Assembly (NCBI RefSeq): GCF_964194025.1 | Contig: NC_134468.1 | Location: 79,670,001-79,734,000 of the forward strand | Direction of reading: 5' to 3' | DNA: 64,000 nucleotides | Source: Convolutriloba macropyga | Lineage: Eukaryota | Shown: positions 13,329 to 25,561 of the stretch, in pieces | Numbering within the stretch: the first letter of the stretch is position 1 | Layout: each line of letters starts with the position of its first letter | Notes under the pieces: model-generated | The model's input: the letters and a program-made list of their open reading frames with translations, nothing else | What the model was told of the DNA's origin: nothing | Database searches by the model: none | Program-made: the position numbers and the translations under genes

Positions 13329-13952
13329 AATATAACAATTTGAGACAAGATGACAACGCAATTCTATCGCCAATTTACTTGATGACGTGGAAATCGAACC
13401 GTCTCGTAAGACTTTGCTCGGTGAAACCTTCGCAAATCAAAGCAAAACAACTTAAGATAATGTTGCGCTCAACATCAGGGCAAACACACTATGGGAACAC
13501 AGATTTTCAAAGATGTTTTTTGATCCGAAAACTTTGACCCGCATGCAAAAAGTTACCCAAAACTACTTCAGAGGGTCATGAAATTTACGAGCAAATTTTA
13601 AAAAACTGAATTATGAACAATGCATCCGAGACCCAATGGCTCAACCCACTGGTATTATTCGATGAAGAAACTGGCATTTTTGTAACCAAACTCATCAAAA
13701 GGACTGCGTGGTAGCATAGTGAGAAAAAAGAGAACTCACGCGCCAACTTCTAAACATACATAAAAATCAGGATTAGCTTTGCTGTGCTGCGAAGCTTCAT
13801 GATCTGCATACGTAGACTTCGTAGTCTCCGGCATCATGCAATCGTTGAGGCTTCAATAGGATTTATTGTTGAAGACTCCTATAAGACATTATACTGAATT
13901 GGAGACTACAAGAGACCTTGTTCTTCTTTGTCAAAATATTATTGTCCTTATT
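13329..13952 (+). mobile_element. CRE 3' end, second copy, running into an N-run at the site of the (TTA)n tail
   Basis: Colinear with 12433-13019 and 33937-34565. Confidence 0.85.
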
Positions 13953-16090
13953 NNNNNNNNNNNNNNNNNNNNNNNNNNNNNNNNNNNNNNNNNNNNNNNN
14001 NNNNNNNNNNNNNNNNNNNNNNNNNNNNNNNNNNNNNNNNNNNNNNNNNNNNNNNNNNNNNNNNNNNNNNNNNNNNNNNNNNNNNNNNNNNNNNNNNNNN
14101 NNNNNNNNNNNNNNNNNNNNNNNNNNNNNNNNNNNNNNNNNNNNNNNNNNNNNNNNNNNNNNNNNNNNNNNNNNNNNNNNNNNNNNNNNNNNNNNNNNNN
14201 NNNNNNNNNNNNNNNNNNNNNNNNNNNNNNNNNNNNNNNNNNNNNNNNNNNNNNNNNNNNNNNNNNNNNNNNNNNNNCAAAATTATCATTATTATTATTT
14301 TTTTATTATTACTACTTTTTTATGGTTTTGTCGATATCCCTCTAGGGTATAAGCCCCGCATCTCGATTATCGCAAAAACAACAAAAATTTTCAAATTATT
14401 GAACATAAACAGATTATTTGTTTTCAAGACAAAGGTAATGATGCGCAAAATTTAGGTAGTAGACTGACAAAATGACGTGATAAACAAACCATTTTCACAG
14501 TGAGAAAAACAAATTTGAGCTTGTCCAAATTGAAATGATTTTTGGTAAATTATTATTGTCCTTATTNNNNNNNNNNNNNNNNNNNNNNNNNNNNNNNNNN
14601 NNNNNNNNNNNNNNNNNNNNNNNNNNNNNNNNNNNNNNNNNNNNNNNNNNNNNNNNNNNNNNNNNNNNNNNNNNNNNNNNNNNNNNNNNNNNNNNNNNNN
14701 NNNNNNNNNNNNNNNNNNNNNNNNNNNNNNNNNNNNTGTTATTATGTTAATATTATATATTTCAATATTATCATTATTATTATTTTTTTATTATTACTAC
14801 TTTTTTATGGTTTTGTCGATATCCCTCTAGGGTATAAGCCCCGCATCTCGATTATCGCGCAAACAACAAAAATTTTTAAATTATTGAACATAAACAGATT
14901 ATTTGTTTTCAAGACAAAGGTAATGATGCGCAAAATTTAGGTAGTAGACTGACAAAATGACGTGATAAACAAACCATTTTCACAGTGAGAAAAACAAATT
15001 TGTGCTTGTCCAAATTGAAATAATCTTTTGGTAAATTATTATTGTCCTTATTNNNNNNNNNNNNNNNNNNNNNNNNNNNNNNNNNNNNNNNNNNNNNNNN
15101 NNNNNNNNNNNNNNNNNNNNNNNNNNNNNNNNNNNNNNNNNNNNNNNNNNNNNNNNNNNNNNNNNNNNNNNNNNNNNNNNNNNNNNNNNNNNNNNNNNNN
15201 NNNNNNNNNNNNNNNNNNNNNNNNNNNNNNNNNNNNNNNNNNNNNNNNNNNNNNNNNNNNNNNNNNNNNNNNNNNNNNNNNNNNNNNNNNTTCTTTTAAT
15301 ATTAAATATTTCAATATTATCATTATTATTATTTTTTTATTATTACTACTTTTTTATGGTTTTGTCGATATCCCTCTAGGGTATAAGCCCCGCATCTCGA
15401 TTATCGCAAAAACAACAAAAATTTTCAAATTATTGAACATAAACAGATTATTTGTTTTCAAACAAAGGTAATGATGCGCAAAATTTAGGTAGTAGACTGA
15501 CAAAATGACGTGATAAACAAACCATTTTCACAGTGAGAAAAACAAATTTGTGCTTGTCCAAATAGAAATAATCTTTTGGTAAATTATTATCGTCCTTATT
15601 NNNNNNNNNNNNNNNNNNNNNNNNNNNNNNNNNNNNNNNNNNNNNNNNNNNNNNNNNNNNNNNNNNNNNNNNNNNNNNNNNNNNNNNNNNNNNNNNNNNN
15701 NNNNNNNNNNNNNNNNNNNNNNNNNNNNNNNNNNNNNNNNNNNNNNNNNNNNNNNNNNNNNNNNNNNNNNNNNNNNNNNNNNNNNNNNNNNNNNNNNNNN
15801 NNNNNNNNNNNNNNNNNCATTATTATCATTATTATTTTTTTATTATTATTACTACTTTTTTATGGTTTTGTCGATATCCCTCTAGGGTATAAGCCCCGCA
15901 TCTCGATTATCGCAAAAACAACAAAAATTTTCAAATTATTGAACATAAACAGATTATTTGTTTTCAAGACAAAGGTAATGATGCGCAAAATTTAGGTAGT
16001 AGACTGAAAAAATGACGTGATAAACAAACCTTTTTCACAGTGAGAAAAACAAATTTGTGCTTGTCCAAATTGAAATAATCTTTTGGTAAA
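13940..16090. repeat. Four tandem units of [TTA-rich tract (N-run) + ~280 bp GATATCCCTCTAGGGTATAAGCCCCGC...TTTTGGTAAA]
   Basis: Near-identical units at ~14278, 14737, 15291 and 15818; the single unmasked version is at 34560-34960. Confidence 0.9.
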
Positions 16091-16350
16091 AATTTTAATT
16101 CTAGTGTAGTGTGTAAAGTATTATGTAATGCAAATCCATCTATGTTGGCCAAACCAGCTGATATATTAACTCTGTAAATTCAGAGCATCAAAAGAAAGAC
16201 TACAGTAGAATATAAAAATGTGGAATGTTGTGGTACATGAATGAATTTGAATGGGATAAATTGGACGCACTAAATCATACTAAAAACAATTTAGGCGATC
16301 TAGAACTTTACGTTGATCGTCAGATTAAAACTGTCTCTTAAAATTTTAAA
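15940..16350 (+). mobile_element. Penelope-like element family B, 3' end (GIY-YIG), decayed
   Basis: Translation: SFGKNFNSSVVCKVLCNA / SIYVGQTS / SEHQKKD. Homologous to the minus-strand family A (SFNRDPKSHVVYEIKC..SIYVGQ). Confidence 0.7.
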
Positions 16351-16676
16351 ATATGAAATGAATATTGATTTACATTTGTCTGAGACCACATTTTGAACAA
16401 TTTCTTGGGGTTATCTTATAAAAACAAATCCAAATGTTTTATTTATAAAATATTTAGCATATTTACAAGTCATATTCACAGCAGTTATCATTTTCCTTAA
16501 AAACATTCTTATTCCGGATTTTTTGATTTTGAACATGTTTTTGATATTCTATGGTTATTCCGAATTTGGACTAACCCTAAGTATCTCTCTCGTGTAGGTT
16601 TTGCAAATTTCGTTTTGTCACTCACAAAATGTTTTTGCCCCATTATTTCCTTCCCTGGTCAAAAATATGACTTGAA

Positions 16677-17490
16677 CTAAAATATTAGCGTGAGTTTTGG
16701 CCCCCTATATTCCTCACGTGTGTTTAGTCCTGGCTACAGCTTGCTACTGAATAAAGCTTCAATGGTCATGAGTTTCTCTAATCTGCTACAGGCCTTCAGA
16801 ACTTTCCATTCATTGTCATTCATGGAGCCACTACATTCAACAAGATTTTGACCCACCTGTGATTCCTTATTTTGTTATCCGAGTAGTAACATGCCGGCTT
16901 ATCTGCCCAACATAGATGGATCCGCATCTGTTACATTTTATTTCATATACCACGTGGGATTTAGGGTCCCTATTGAAAGATTATGTTAGAGTTGGGAGGT
17001 ATATTTTCTGGCAACGTTTTGAGTAAGGTTTCTTCTGTATTGTAGAAGAAAATGTTGCTTTATAATGAGATCTAGTCTTGCTTTTTTATGCTTTTTTTGG
17101 GGTTGTCTTCAATTGATCTTTACAGCCGAGTATTATCTTTTGTAGCTTGGCTCGCTATATTTGAAGACCAATTTTCTGGATACTGATTTTTGCTCCAGCA
17201 TGTCTGGTTTGTCTCAAGCGCCTGATCGAAGGTCAACCAATTAGATGTTGCGTTAAAAACCTTGTGAACCGTCCTTTGAATCAAAATTTTCTTATGCTGA
17301 AGCAGTGCACAGCTGCCAAAATTCAGTAATAATTGTATGTCAGTTTGTTTCTGATACCAATGACAGGTGATACTAATTTTGCTTCTTTATTTTTTTTTGG
17401 TTTTATTTACGTTGATATCAAGAAAAGCCAAATCTCCTTCCATGTTAACTTTTTCTAAGAAAAATTGCAGGTCTTTGTATAATACTTTAA
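16677..17490 (-). mobile_element. Penelope-like element family A: RT C-terminus plus GIY-YIG endonuclease, decayed
   Basis: Minus-strand translation: DLQFFLEKVNMEGDLAFLDINV, CHWYQKQTD, VHKVFNATSNW..NQYP, VVYEIKCNRCGSIYVGQISRHVTTR, EALF..PGLNTREEY. Confidence 0.88.
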
Positions 17491-19240
17491 ATTTTAAACT
17501 TTTGAGCACGTTGCTAAGTTTGCACGCCTTTACCACTCTTTCTGAAGAAAATAAAAACAGTCTCCAACAATCTCCACAAGAAAAAAATTCATTATCGAAG
17601 AAGAACTGTTACGAAATTGACACAAGATTTGAAAAAATCTACAACCCCGAGTGAAAATTTAAAAACTGATTGTGCTTCAAATTTTTCAGTTGACCCTTCT
17701 TCAGGTAATTTTAGAAAGATCTTCGTCAGAGATACATTTCAGACCAGGACTGAAACATCAAGCGGAGCAAATGCAACATCCAGCAAACATAAGCAGATCA
17801 ATTCAAGACTCATCAAATAAAGTTGAACCAACGCAAAACATTAGCACAATTGACGCCTATAGACGACATTTGTTTTTCCCAAAAGAGGGCACTACAGAAT
17901 CAATGGTAATCGGAGATTCAATAACCAACAGAATTGATGGGATGCAAATTGGACCAAATGTGTTAGCAATAGGCTTCGGGGTCATAGAATCTCAGAACTG
18001 CTTGGGAGAACTGCAGAGAACAGAGCAAAAAAAGTGAGACCGATAACAATTCCCATTCGAATCAATGATTGTTTATCGGTCAGTTTTGATATTAAAGAAT
18101 CAATAATGGCATACGAAAAGTTTATTTATACGTGCGCTCCCAAATTCGCACCAAAGACAATATAAATCTGCACCCCATTACTGTTTGATGCCTTTGGAAA
18201 AGAGAGTAATGCTAGTGTCAATAAATTCAAGAAGCAACTATGCATTTTAGTTTCAAAAGTGAAGGACAATCCCTCACAAAACTTAACCTGGTTTATTTGG
18301 AGTGTTCCAAACAATACTCATGCCTTATTCCGAAAAGACCTCTTTCAAAAAGATAAAAAGAAAGGTGGAGGTGTGGTCCTATTTGTTCCAAAGATACTAG
18401 CACCATAAGAAAGACCTGATTTAATGGAGTTTGACGAATATGTGTTTGAGTCAGTTTGGGTTGAATTTTAAAAAATTTTGTCAAAAAATTGCAATAATTG
18501 CTTATCGACCTAACGTACAATACCTCAAAACAACATCAAGAAAATTTTTTAAGCAAATTGTCATACAAATTAGACTACGCTTTTGGACAATACAGCACTT
18601 TACATGTGCTGGGTGACTCTAACCACAATTGTATAAACAAAAGTGAGAAAAACCATTTTGAAGCATCATAACACCTTATGGTCTACAAATTTTTGACATA
18701 CATGACCCCACAAGACAGGCAAAAATTTCAGAATCACATATTGACTACATTTTTACCGAAAGTATAGAAGAAAACAAGGAACATATTTTTGATACGCCAT
18801 TCAAATCAGATCATTTAGTATCTATTGTTGTAACTGATATCAATTTTATAAAATGCAAAGCAAAAACACTTACTGTTTTGACAAGAAACTGTACAATGCA
18901 AATGATTTCGCAAAAAAACCTGTCGTTTTTCCCCGTGGCATTTCTGTAATCAATCCAATGATGTTCTCGTAATGACTAATATATTAATATCAATTGTTAG
19001 CAACGCTCTCGAAACTCACGCTCCAATTGTGAAAAAATTTTATTTGAAATTGCAAACACAACAACATGCTGAACGCTGAATGAATTGACACGGAATGTAA
19101 AAAAGTATTACGAAGAAAAGAAAATACACCTAGAACATACCAGAAAAAAAATGTCTACCAATTCGGATTTTTGGATTTTTAAAAATCTCTATCAAAAGTA
19201 ATAATTGCTACAAAGACCTAAAACCACAGAACATTCAAGG
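17490..19240 (+). mobile_element. L2/CR1-type LINE fragment: ORF1 with SGNH/GDSL esterase and ORF2 APE endonuclease, decayed
   Basis: ORF1 VIGDSITNRIDG, IGFG and xIND blocks; APE motifs KGGGVVLFV, FESVWVEF, IAYRP, LGD and SHIDYIF. Confidence 0.8.
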
Positions 19241-22030
19241 TATTTTAATAATATTAATAATTTTACATGTAAGATCAAAGAGACATTTGTGGCACAATTT
19301 CCTCATTTAGTTTCAAGAATTGGCCTCTCAAAGACACATGTAGCGAAATTAAATTTTCATCAAAAGTTTACAGCAAAGCACCAAAAAGGTCGACGCGTTC
19401 GCCTTAATCTACGACCTACGGCGGAATTAGAACGTCTACAGATTGAGGGACATAACGAAAAATTATCTAGTTGTTTAGACGAACATTTCATATCTCCAAT
19501 CGTGATTACAGTTAACAAAGATCAATCAATCAAATTAGCATTAGACTCTGAAGTATTAAATAAAGCTATACACAAAAACAAATACCAAATGCCTAACATT
19601 GACATGTTAATAGACACAATCTCACAACACCAGCAATCTAGCAATTCCAGCAATACCACCACCATCAACATTAAAACGTTTACGATCCTTCCTCAGGTCA
19701 GTAAATTACATTGGCAAATTCATACCACAATTAGCACAACTATGTTATCCACTTAGACCACTTCTCAAAAACTCCACAAAATTTATTTGGACAGAAGAAC
19801 ATAATAAACATTTCAACTTAATAAAGGAGAAAATTGCTGCCAGTACGGAAAATAGTCACTATAATCCAAAGTCAGAGTTAAATATGATGCATCACGTTCT
19901 GGATCGGGAGCAGCACCTCAACAAAACACACCTAAAGGTCGGAAACCAATAGCATTCGCGTCGCATTTTCTGAATCCAACAGAAGACCGTTACAGTGTTA
20001 ACTAAATAGAATTATTGGGGTTAGTTTTGTCCATTGACTACTTTAAATATTATCTGTATGGAAAAAACTTCACTTTTATAACATATCATGGTGCACTACT
20101 ATCCATATTAAAAGAGCACAGATCAAATAAATCTTACAATAGTCGACTTTCTAGATGAATTGACCGATTACTTCCATACAACTTTACAATTGAAAACATG
20201 CCGGGAAGAAAAATGGACCTATTGGATTACATATCCAGAAACCCATTCGCAAAAGCTAAAACAGTTTTTGCTTATGACGAACATTCCGTAGTAGCAGCAA
20301 TATCTAAAATTCGTGATTCAATGAAACATCTAATTCGTAATAAACAAAACACTACACAAAAACTTAATAGAATATTAAAGTTACATTCACCCTCTTATCA
20401 TTCAAATCAGTTAATCGAACCGCAAATGCCTACATCATTAAATGATAATCCGCAATTTAATACTAAACCAGTTGCATCACAATCACTACATTGTAGAAAG
20501 TTATCACCATTCGCGTCGCAATTCACACTTTCAAATTCAACAGATAATCCGTATTTAAATACACCATTCGCGTCGCAAATGCCTTCTACAATTGAGAACC
20601 AACAATTTGTACCAAATATTCTTACAGCGAATAATTTTTATTCCATTAAAAAATTTACTGCAAAAGCACTGCAAAAGTCAGAAAAAAAATGTGAACAATT
20701 TGAACAAATAAACCCAATACAGCCCGATATTGGTATTAAATCAAGTAGTCAACACAAATATGTCAAATTAAGCGCGAATGTAAAAACTCCTGAGTATAAA
20801 TACAGCCCACAGAAAAATAACTCGCTTTTTGCCCAAAACTCACTCAGAATAAAGTTCAATCAGAACAACTCAGTCAACTCAATCCCTAAAATGCCACGGT
20901 CAAAGACAAATAAAGCTACCCCGACGAAGGCCCGAGTCAACTTCTCAGACCCCACACCCTCAACGCCGGCAACAAATACCTCTTCCAACACGGAAACAAC
21001 CCCTTCTGGAAGTCTAGTCGATGCAGCAGAGGACTTGCGTTTCACCGATACCCTCAAAAAAACCTTCAGTAAAAATTTATTAGCAATACTCACCAGGAAA
21101 GATGCAATTTTGAAAGAAGTCCGAGACTGTGTGCTCATAGATGACCCGGACAGATTGAAAAAAATTGGCCCATACATCTTTTCCTACTGGCGGGACCTTA
21201 GTGTAAAATATGGGTGCATATGTCATGAACGAATTGCAATACCGAGGGCAATCAAGGACGCAGAATTAGAGGATATCCACTCAACGCACCCTGGGAGATT
21301 CGCTATGCTGTTGCTAACACAAAATGTTTGGTTGCCTTATATCTATCGGGATATACTGGCAAAAGCCAGTGAATGCAAAGCCTGCGCGGAAATCGGTAAG
21401 AACTTAAAATCAGTGATTCCGCACTGCAAATGGACACCTTTAACAAAATGTATTGAACCAAATGACGAAATCCAAATTGATTTTGGTGGGCCAATAATTA
21501 ACGAAAAAGACATAGAGCTGTATTTCATTACAAGCGTAGATAGATATTCAAAATACCCTACAGCCAGAAAAGTAATTAATGCTGCTGGCACAAATGTAAT
21601 TAAATTCCTAAATAACTACATATATAATCAAGGAGTACCCAGAACTATAAGATTAGATCAAGCTAGATGTTTTACGGGAAAAAGTTTGACATATTTTGTA
21701 CAGAAAGTAATATTACACCTATATATGCACCCGCAAATGACTAAAGGGCAATATGACTTGTAGAACGTCCTATTCAAACAATTAAACGACAACTATCATG
21801 TATGAAAACAAAATTAAATAAAAAATTTAACTTAGAACAATCAGTACATGCAATTATACAGCGATTAAGAACATCAAAACAAAAAACAATAGATACTAAA
21901 CCATCCGAGGCACGTTTTGGTAGAAAATGCAATACACCAATTTCAAATATCACCACTAAATCGAATAATAAAAATTTAAATTAAAATAAAAAAATTCAAC
22001 ATTAATTAGACGAACATACAATTCCTGGCA
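19240..22030 (+). mobile_element. Gypsy pol fragment: RT (internally deleted), RNase H, long linker, HHCC and integrase core
   Basis: RNase H YSVTKIELLGLV and DYISRNP. ORF 20198-21763 has IHSTHPG..M..VW.P..I....C..C, QIDFGGP, VDRYSKYP and GVPRTIRLDQARCF. Confidence 0.92.
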
Positions 22031-22042
22031 CACGAACATACA

Positions 22043-22385
22043 ATTATGAACAATGCATCCGAGACCCAATGGCTCAACCCACTGATATTATTCGATGAAG
22101 AAACTGGCATTTTTGTAACCAAACTCAACAAATGGACTGCGTGGTAGCATAGTGAGAAAAAGAGAACTCGCGCGCCAACATCAAAACATACATAAAAATC
22201 AGGATTAGCTTTGCCGTGCTGCGAAGCTTCATGATCTGCATACGTAGACTTCGTAGTCTCCGGCATCATGCAATTGTCGAGGCTTCAATAGGATTTATTG
22301 TTGAAGACTCCTATAAGACATTTACACTGAATTGGAGTTTACAAGAGACCTTGTTCTGCTTTGTCAAATTATTATTGTCCTTATT
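22043..22385 (+). mobile_element. CRE 3' end fragment, third copy
   Basis: Colinear with 13609-13952. Confidence 0.85.
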
Positions 22386-22739
22386 NNNNNNNNNNNNNNN
22401 NNNNNNNNNNNNNNNNNNNNNNNNNNNNNNNNNNNNNNNNNNNNNNNNNNNNNNNNNNNNNNNNNNNNNNNNNNNNNNNNNNNNNNNNNNNNNNNNNNNN
22501 NNNNNNNNNNNNNNNNNNNNNNNNNNNNNNNNNNNNNNNNNNNNNNNNNNNNNNNNNNNNNNNNNNNNNNNNNNNNNNNNNNNNNNNNNNNNNNNNNNNN
22601 NNNNNNNNNNNNNNNNNNNNNNNNNNNNNNNNNNNNNNNNNNNNNNNNNNNNNNNNNNNNNNNNNNNNNNNNNNNNNNNGTTTTGTCAATATCCCTCTAG
22701 GGTATAAGACCCGCATCTCGATTTTCGCAAAGACATCAA

Positions 22740-23150
22740 ATTATTGAACATAAACAGATTATTTGTTTTCAAGACAAATGTAATGATGTGCAAAATGTGG
22801 GTAGTAGACTGACAAAATGGCGTGATAAACAAACCATTTTCACAGTGAGAAAAACAAATTTGTGCTTGTCCATCCTGAAATCATCTTTTGGTAAAAACTT
22901 TAATTCTAGTGTAGTGTGTAAAGTATTATGTAATGCAAATCCATCTATGTTGGCCAAACCAGCTGATATATTAACCCTGTAAATTCAGAGCATCAAAAGA
23001 AAGACTACAGTAGAATAAAAAAATGTGGAATGTGGTGGTACATGCATAAATTTGAATGGGATAAATTGGACGCACTAACTCATACTAAAAACAATCTAAG
23101 CGATCTAGAACTTTACGTTGATCGTCAGATTAAAACTGTCTCTTAAAAGT
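22740..23150 (+). mobile_element. Penelope family B GIY-YIG fragment, copy 2
   Basis: ORF 22788-22982 (SFGKNFNSSVVCKVLCN); matches 15940-16350. Confidence 0.7.
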
Positions 23151-23481
23151 TTAAAATATGAATTGAATATTGATTTACATTAATCTGAGACCACAATTTG
23201 AACAATTTCTTGGGATTATCTTAAAAAAACAAATCGAAATGTTTTATTTATGAAATATTTAGCATATTTACAAGTCATATTCACAGCAGTTATCAATTTC
23301 CTTAAAAATATTCTTATTCCGGACTTTTCGATTTTGAACATGTTTTTGTTATTCTATGGTTATTCCGAATTTGCACTAAACCTAAGTATCTCTCTCGTGT
23401 AGGTTTTGCAAATTTCGTTTTGTCATTCACAAAATGTTTTTGCCCCATTATTTCCTTCCCTAGTCAAAAATATGACTTGAA

Positions 23482-24300
23482 CTAAAATATTTGCGTGAGT
23501 TCTGGCCCCCTATATTCCTCACGTGTGTTTAGTCCTGGCTTCAGCTTAATACTGAACAAAGCTTCAATGAAAATGCGTTTCTCTAATCTGCTACAGGCAA
23601 TCAGAACTTTCCATTCAATGTCATTCATGGAGCCACTACATTCAACAAGATTTTGACCCACCTGTGATTCCTTCTTTTGATATCCGAGTAGTAACATGCC
23701 GGCTTTTCTGCCCAACAAAGATGGATCCGCATCTGTTACATTTTATTTCATATACCACGTGGGATTTAGGGTCCCTATTGAAAGATTATGTTAGAGTTGG
23801 GAGGTATATTTTCTGGCAACGTTTTGAGTAAGATTTATTCTGTATTGTAGAAAAAAATGTTTATAAAAAAAAGGTTTATAATGAGATCTAGTCTTGCTTT
23901 TTTATGCCTTTTTGGGGTTGTCTTCAATTGATCTTTACAGCCAAGTGTTATCTTTTGTAGCTTGGCTCGCTATATTTGAAGACCAATCTTCTGGATACTA
24001 ATTTTTGCTCCAGCATGTCTGGTTCGTTTCAAGCGCCTGATCGAAGGTCAACCAATTAGATGTTGCGTTAAAAACCTTGTGAACCGTCCTTTGAATCAAA
24101 GTTTTCTTATGCTGAAGCAGTCCACAGCTGCCAAAATTCAGTATTAATTGTGTGTCAGTTTGTTTTTGATACCAATGACAGGTGATACTAATTGCGCTTC
24201 TTTATTATGTTTTGGCTTTATTTGCGTTGATATCAAGGAAAGCCAAATCTCCTTCCATGTTAACTTTTTCTAAAGTAAACTGCAGGTCTTTGTATAATAC
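23482..24300 (-). mobile_element. Penelope family A fragment, copy 2
   Basis: ORF 23482-23718 (IEALF..KPGLNTREEY); colinear with 16677-17490. Confidence 0.88.
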
Positions 24301-24532
24301 TTTAAATTTTAAACTTTTGAGTATGTTGCTAAGTTTGCACGCCTTTACCACTCTTTCTGAAGAAAATAAATACAGTCTCCTACAATCTCCACAAGAAAAA
24401 ATTCATTATCGACGAAAAACTGTTACGAAATTGACACAAGGTTTGAAAAAATCTACAACCCCGAGTGAAATTTCAAAAACTGATTGTGCTTCAAATTTTT
24501 CAGTTGACACTTTTTCAGCTAATTTTAGAAAA

Positions 24533-25189
24533 GCCTGCTGTTATATGCTGTATAATAAATGAGCGCTTAAACCTGATTGGCCAATACGCAAATTGAATTA
24601 TTAAATTTTCGATCTATTGTCCCAATTTTGCTTTCGATCTGTTGTCTTTCGATCTATTGTCCTAGCACCGTGTCGGGGGGGGGTACGATCAATATGCCCT
24701 CACTTAGCCGGGGGGGGACACAAACGGAAAAAATCCGCAATTTTTTGTTTCTGTACTACGTTGACCGTAGCATTGGCACCGTTTGTATGCCAGTCTTTTA
24801 CATTGCTGGTTGCGCTTTAACTTACGTTTTACGACAATTATTAGCCTCGGAGATTACTGTTAAAATCCTTAGAGCAAAAACGAAGATTATCACCCCGTAT
24901 TGCATCCTTCTGAATTATTATCGAAAAAAATGTTATGTAGCTGTCTTACTCGGCCATTTCATTATTCGTGTGCCCGAACCATGTGATGACGGCCACTTGC
25001 TGACTGGAGTCTAATGCCAATTGACAACCTAACTTCAATGTCTGATTCCCCAACTTTATGTTTCCAAAGTTGAGATCAACTTTTTTGATTTCTCAGTTTC
25101 GATGTTTTGATTTTAGTCGTTGATTCTTTAGATGTCAAATTTAGACATTTTTTGTTATTTTTTCAGAACAGCTCAGCTAAAATGCTAAT
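24533..25189 (+). promoter_or_regulatory. Duplicated USP22 upstream/promoter region
   Basis: Near-identical to 36588-37247. Confidence 0.75.
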
Positions 25190-25561
25190 ATGTGTGATCA
25201 CTTCACAGTCTTCAAGGAAGAATGCGGTTTGAAGTCAGTAGAGATCATTTTAGCTACTTTTGTGTATCCTACGAAAAGTAAAGAATGCAAGAGAAAAGCG
25301 GTGGATACAAAATGCTTCGCCCAAAATTGCCAAGAGTTCTCTTCTGCTTCAGTATTGATGTCTTGCATTCATTGCGTGTATTTTGGATGCTTGGCTCACC
25401 AGCATATGAAAAACCATTTGAAGGCTAAAAAACACTGTTTTGCGATCGATTTACAATACTGTAATGTCTTTTGTTTATATTGCGATGATTTCATATACGA
25501 CCGAAATGTAGAAAATATCAACTTTCGCTTGTATGTCGAATTCTGTCAAACAAGATTTTGA
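25190..25561 (+). CDS. USP22: Truncated duplicate of USP22 first coding exon: ZnF-UBP-only 123-aa ORF (pseudogene or microprotein)
   Basis: Protein identical to the 37248 ORF up to ...VEFCQT, then fused to Penelope sequence that supplies a stop codon. Confidence 0.6.
   Translation: MCDHFTVFKEECGLKSVEIILATFVYPTKSKECKRKAVDTKCFAQNCQEFSSASVLMSCIHCVYFGCLAHQHMKNHLKAKKHCFAIDLQYCNVFCLYCDDFIYDRNVENINFRLYVEFCQTRF

Noticed and set aside
24577-25014. 145-aa ORF (and partner 36803-37072) upstream of USP22
   Set aside because: Non-ATG start, frame broken by G-run length changes in the other copy, no motifs; better explained as promoter/intron.
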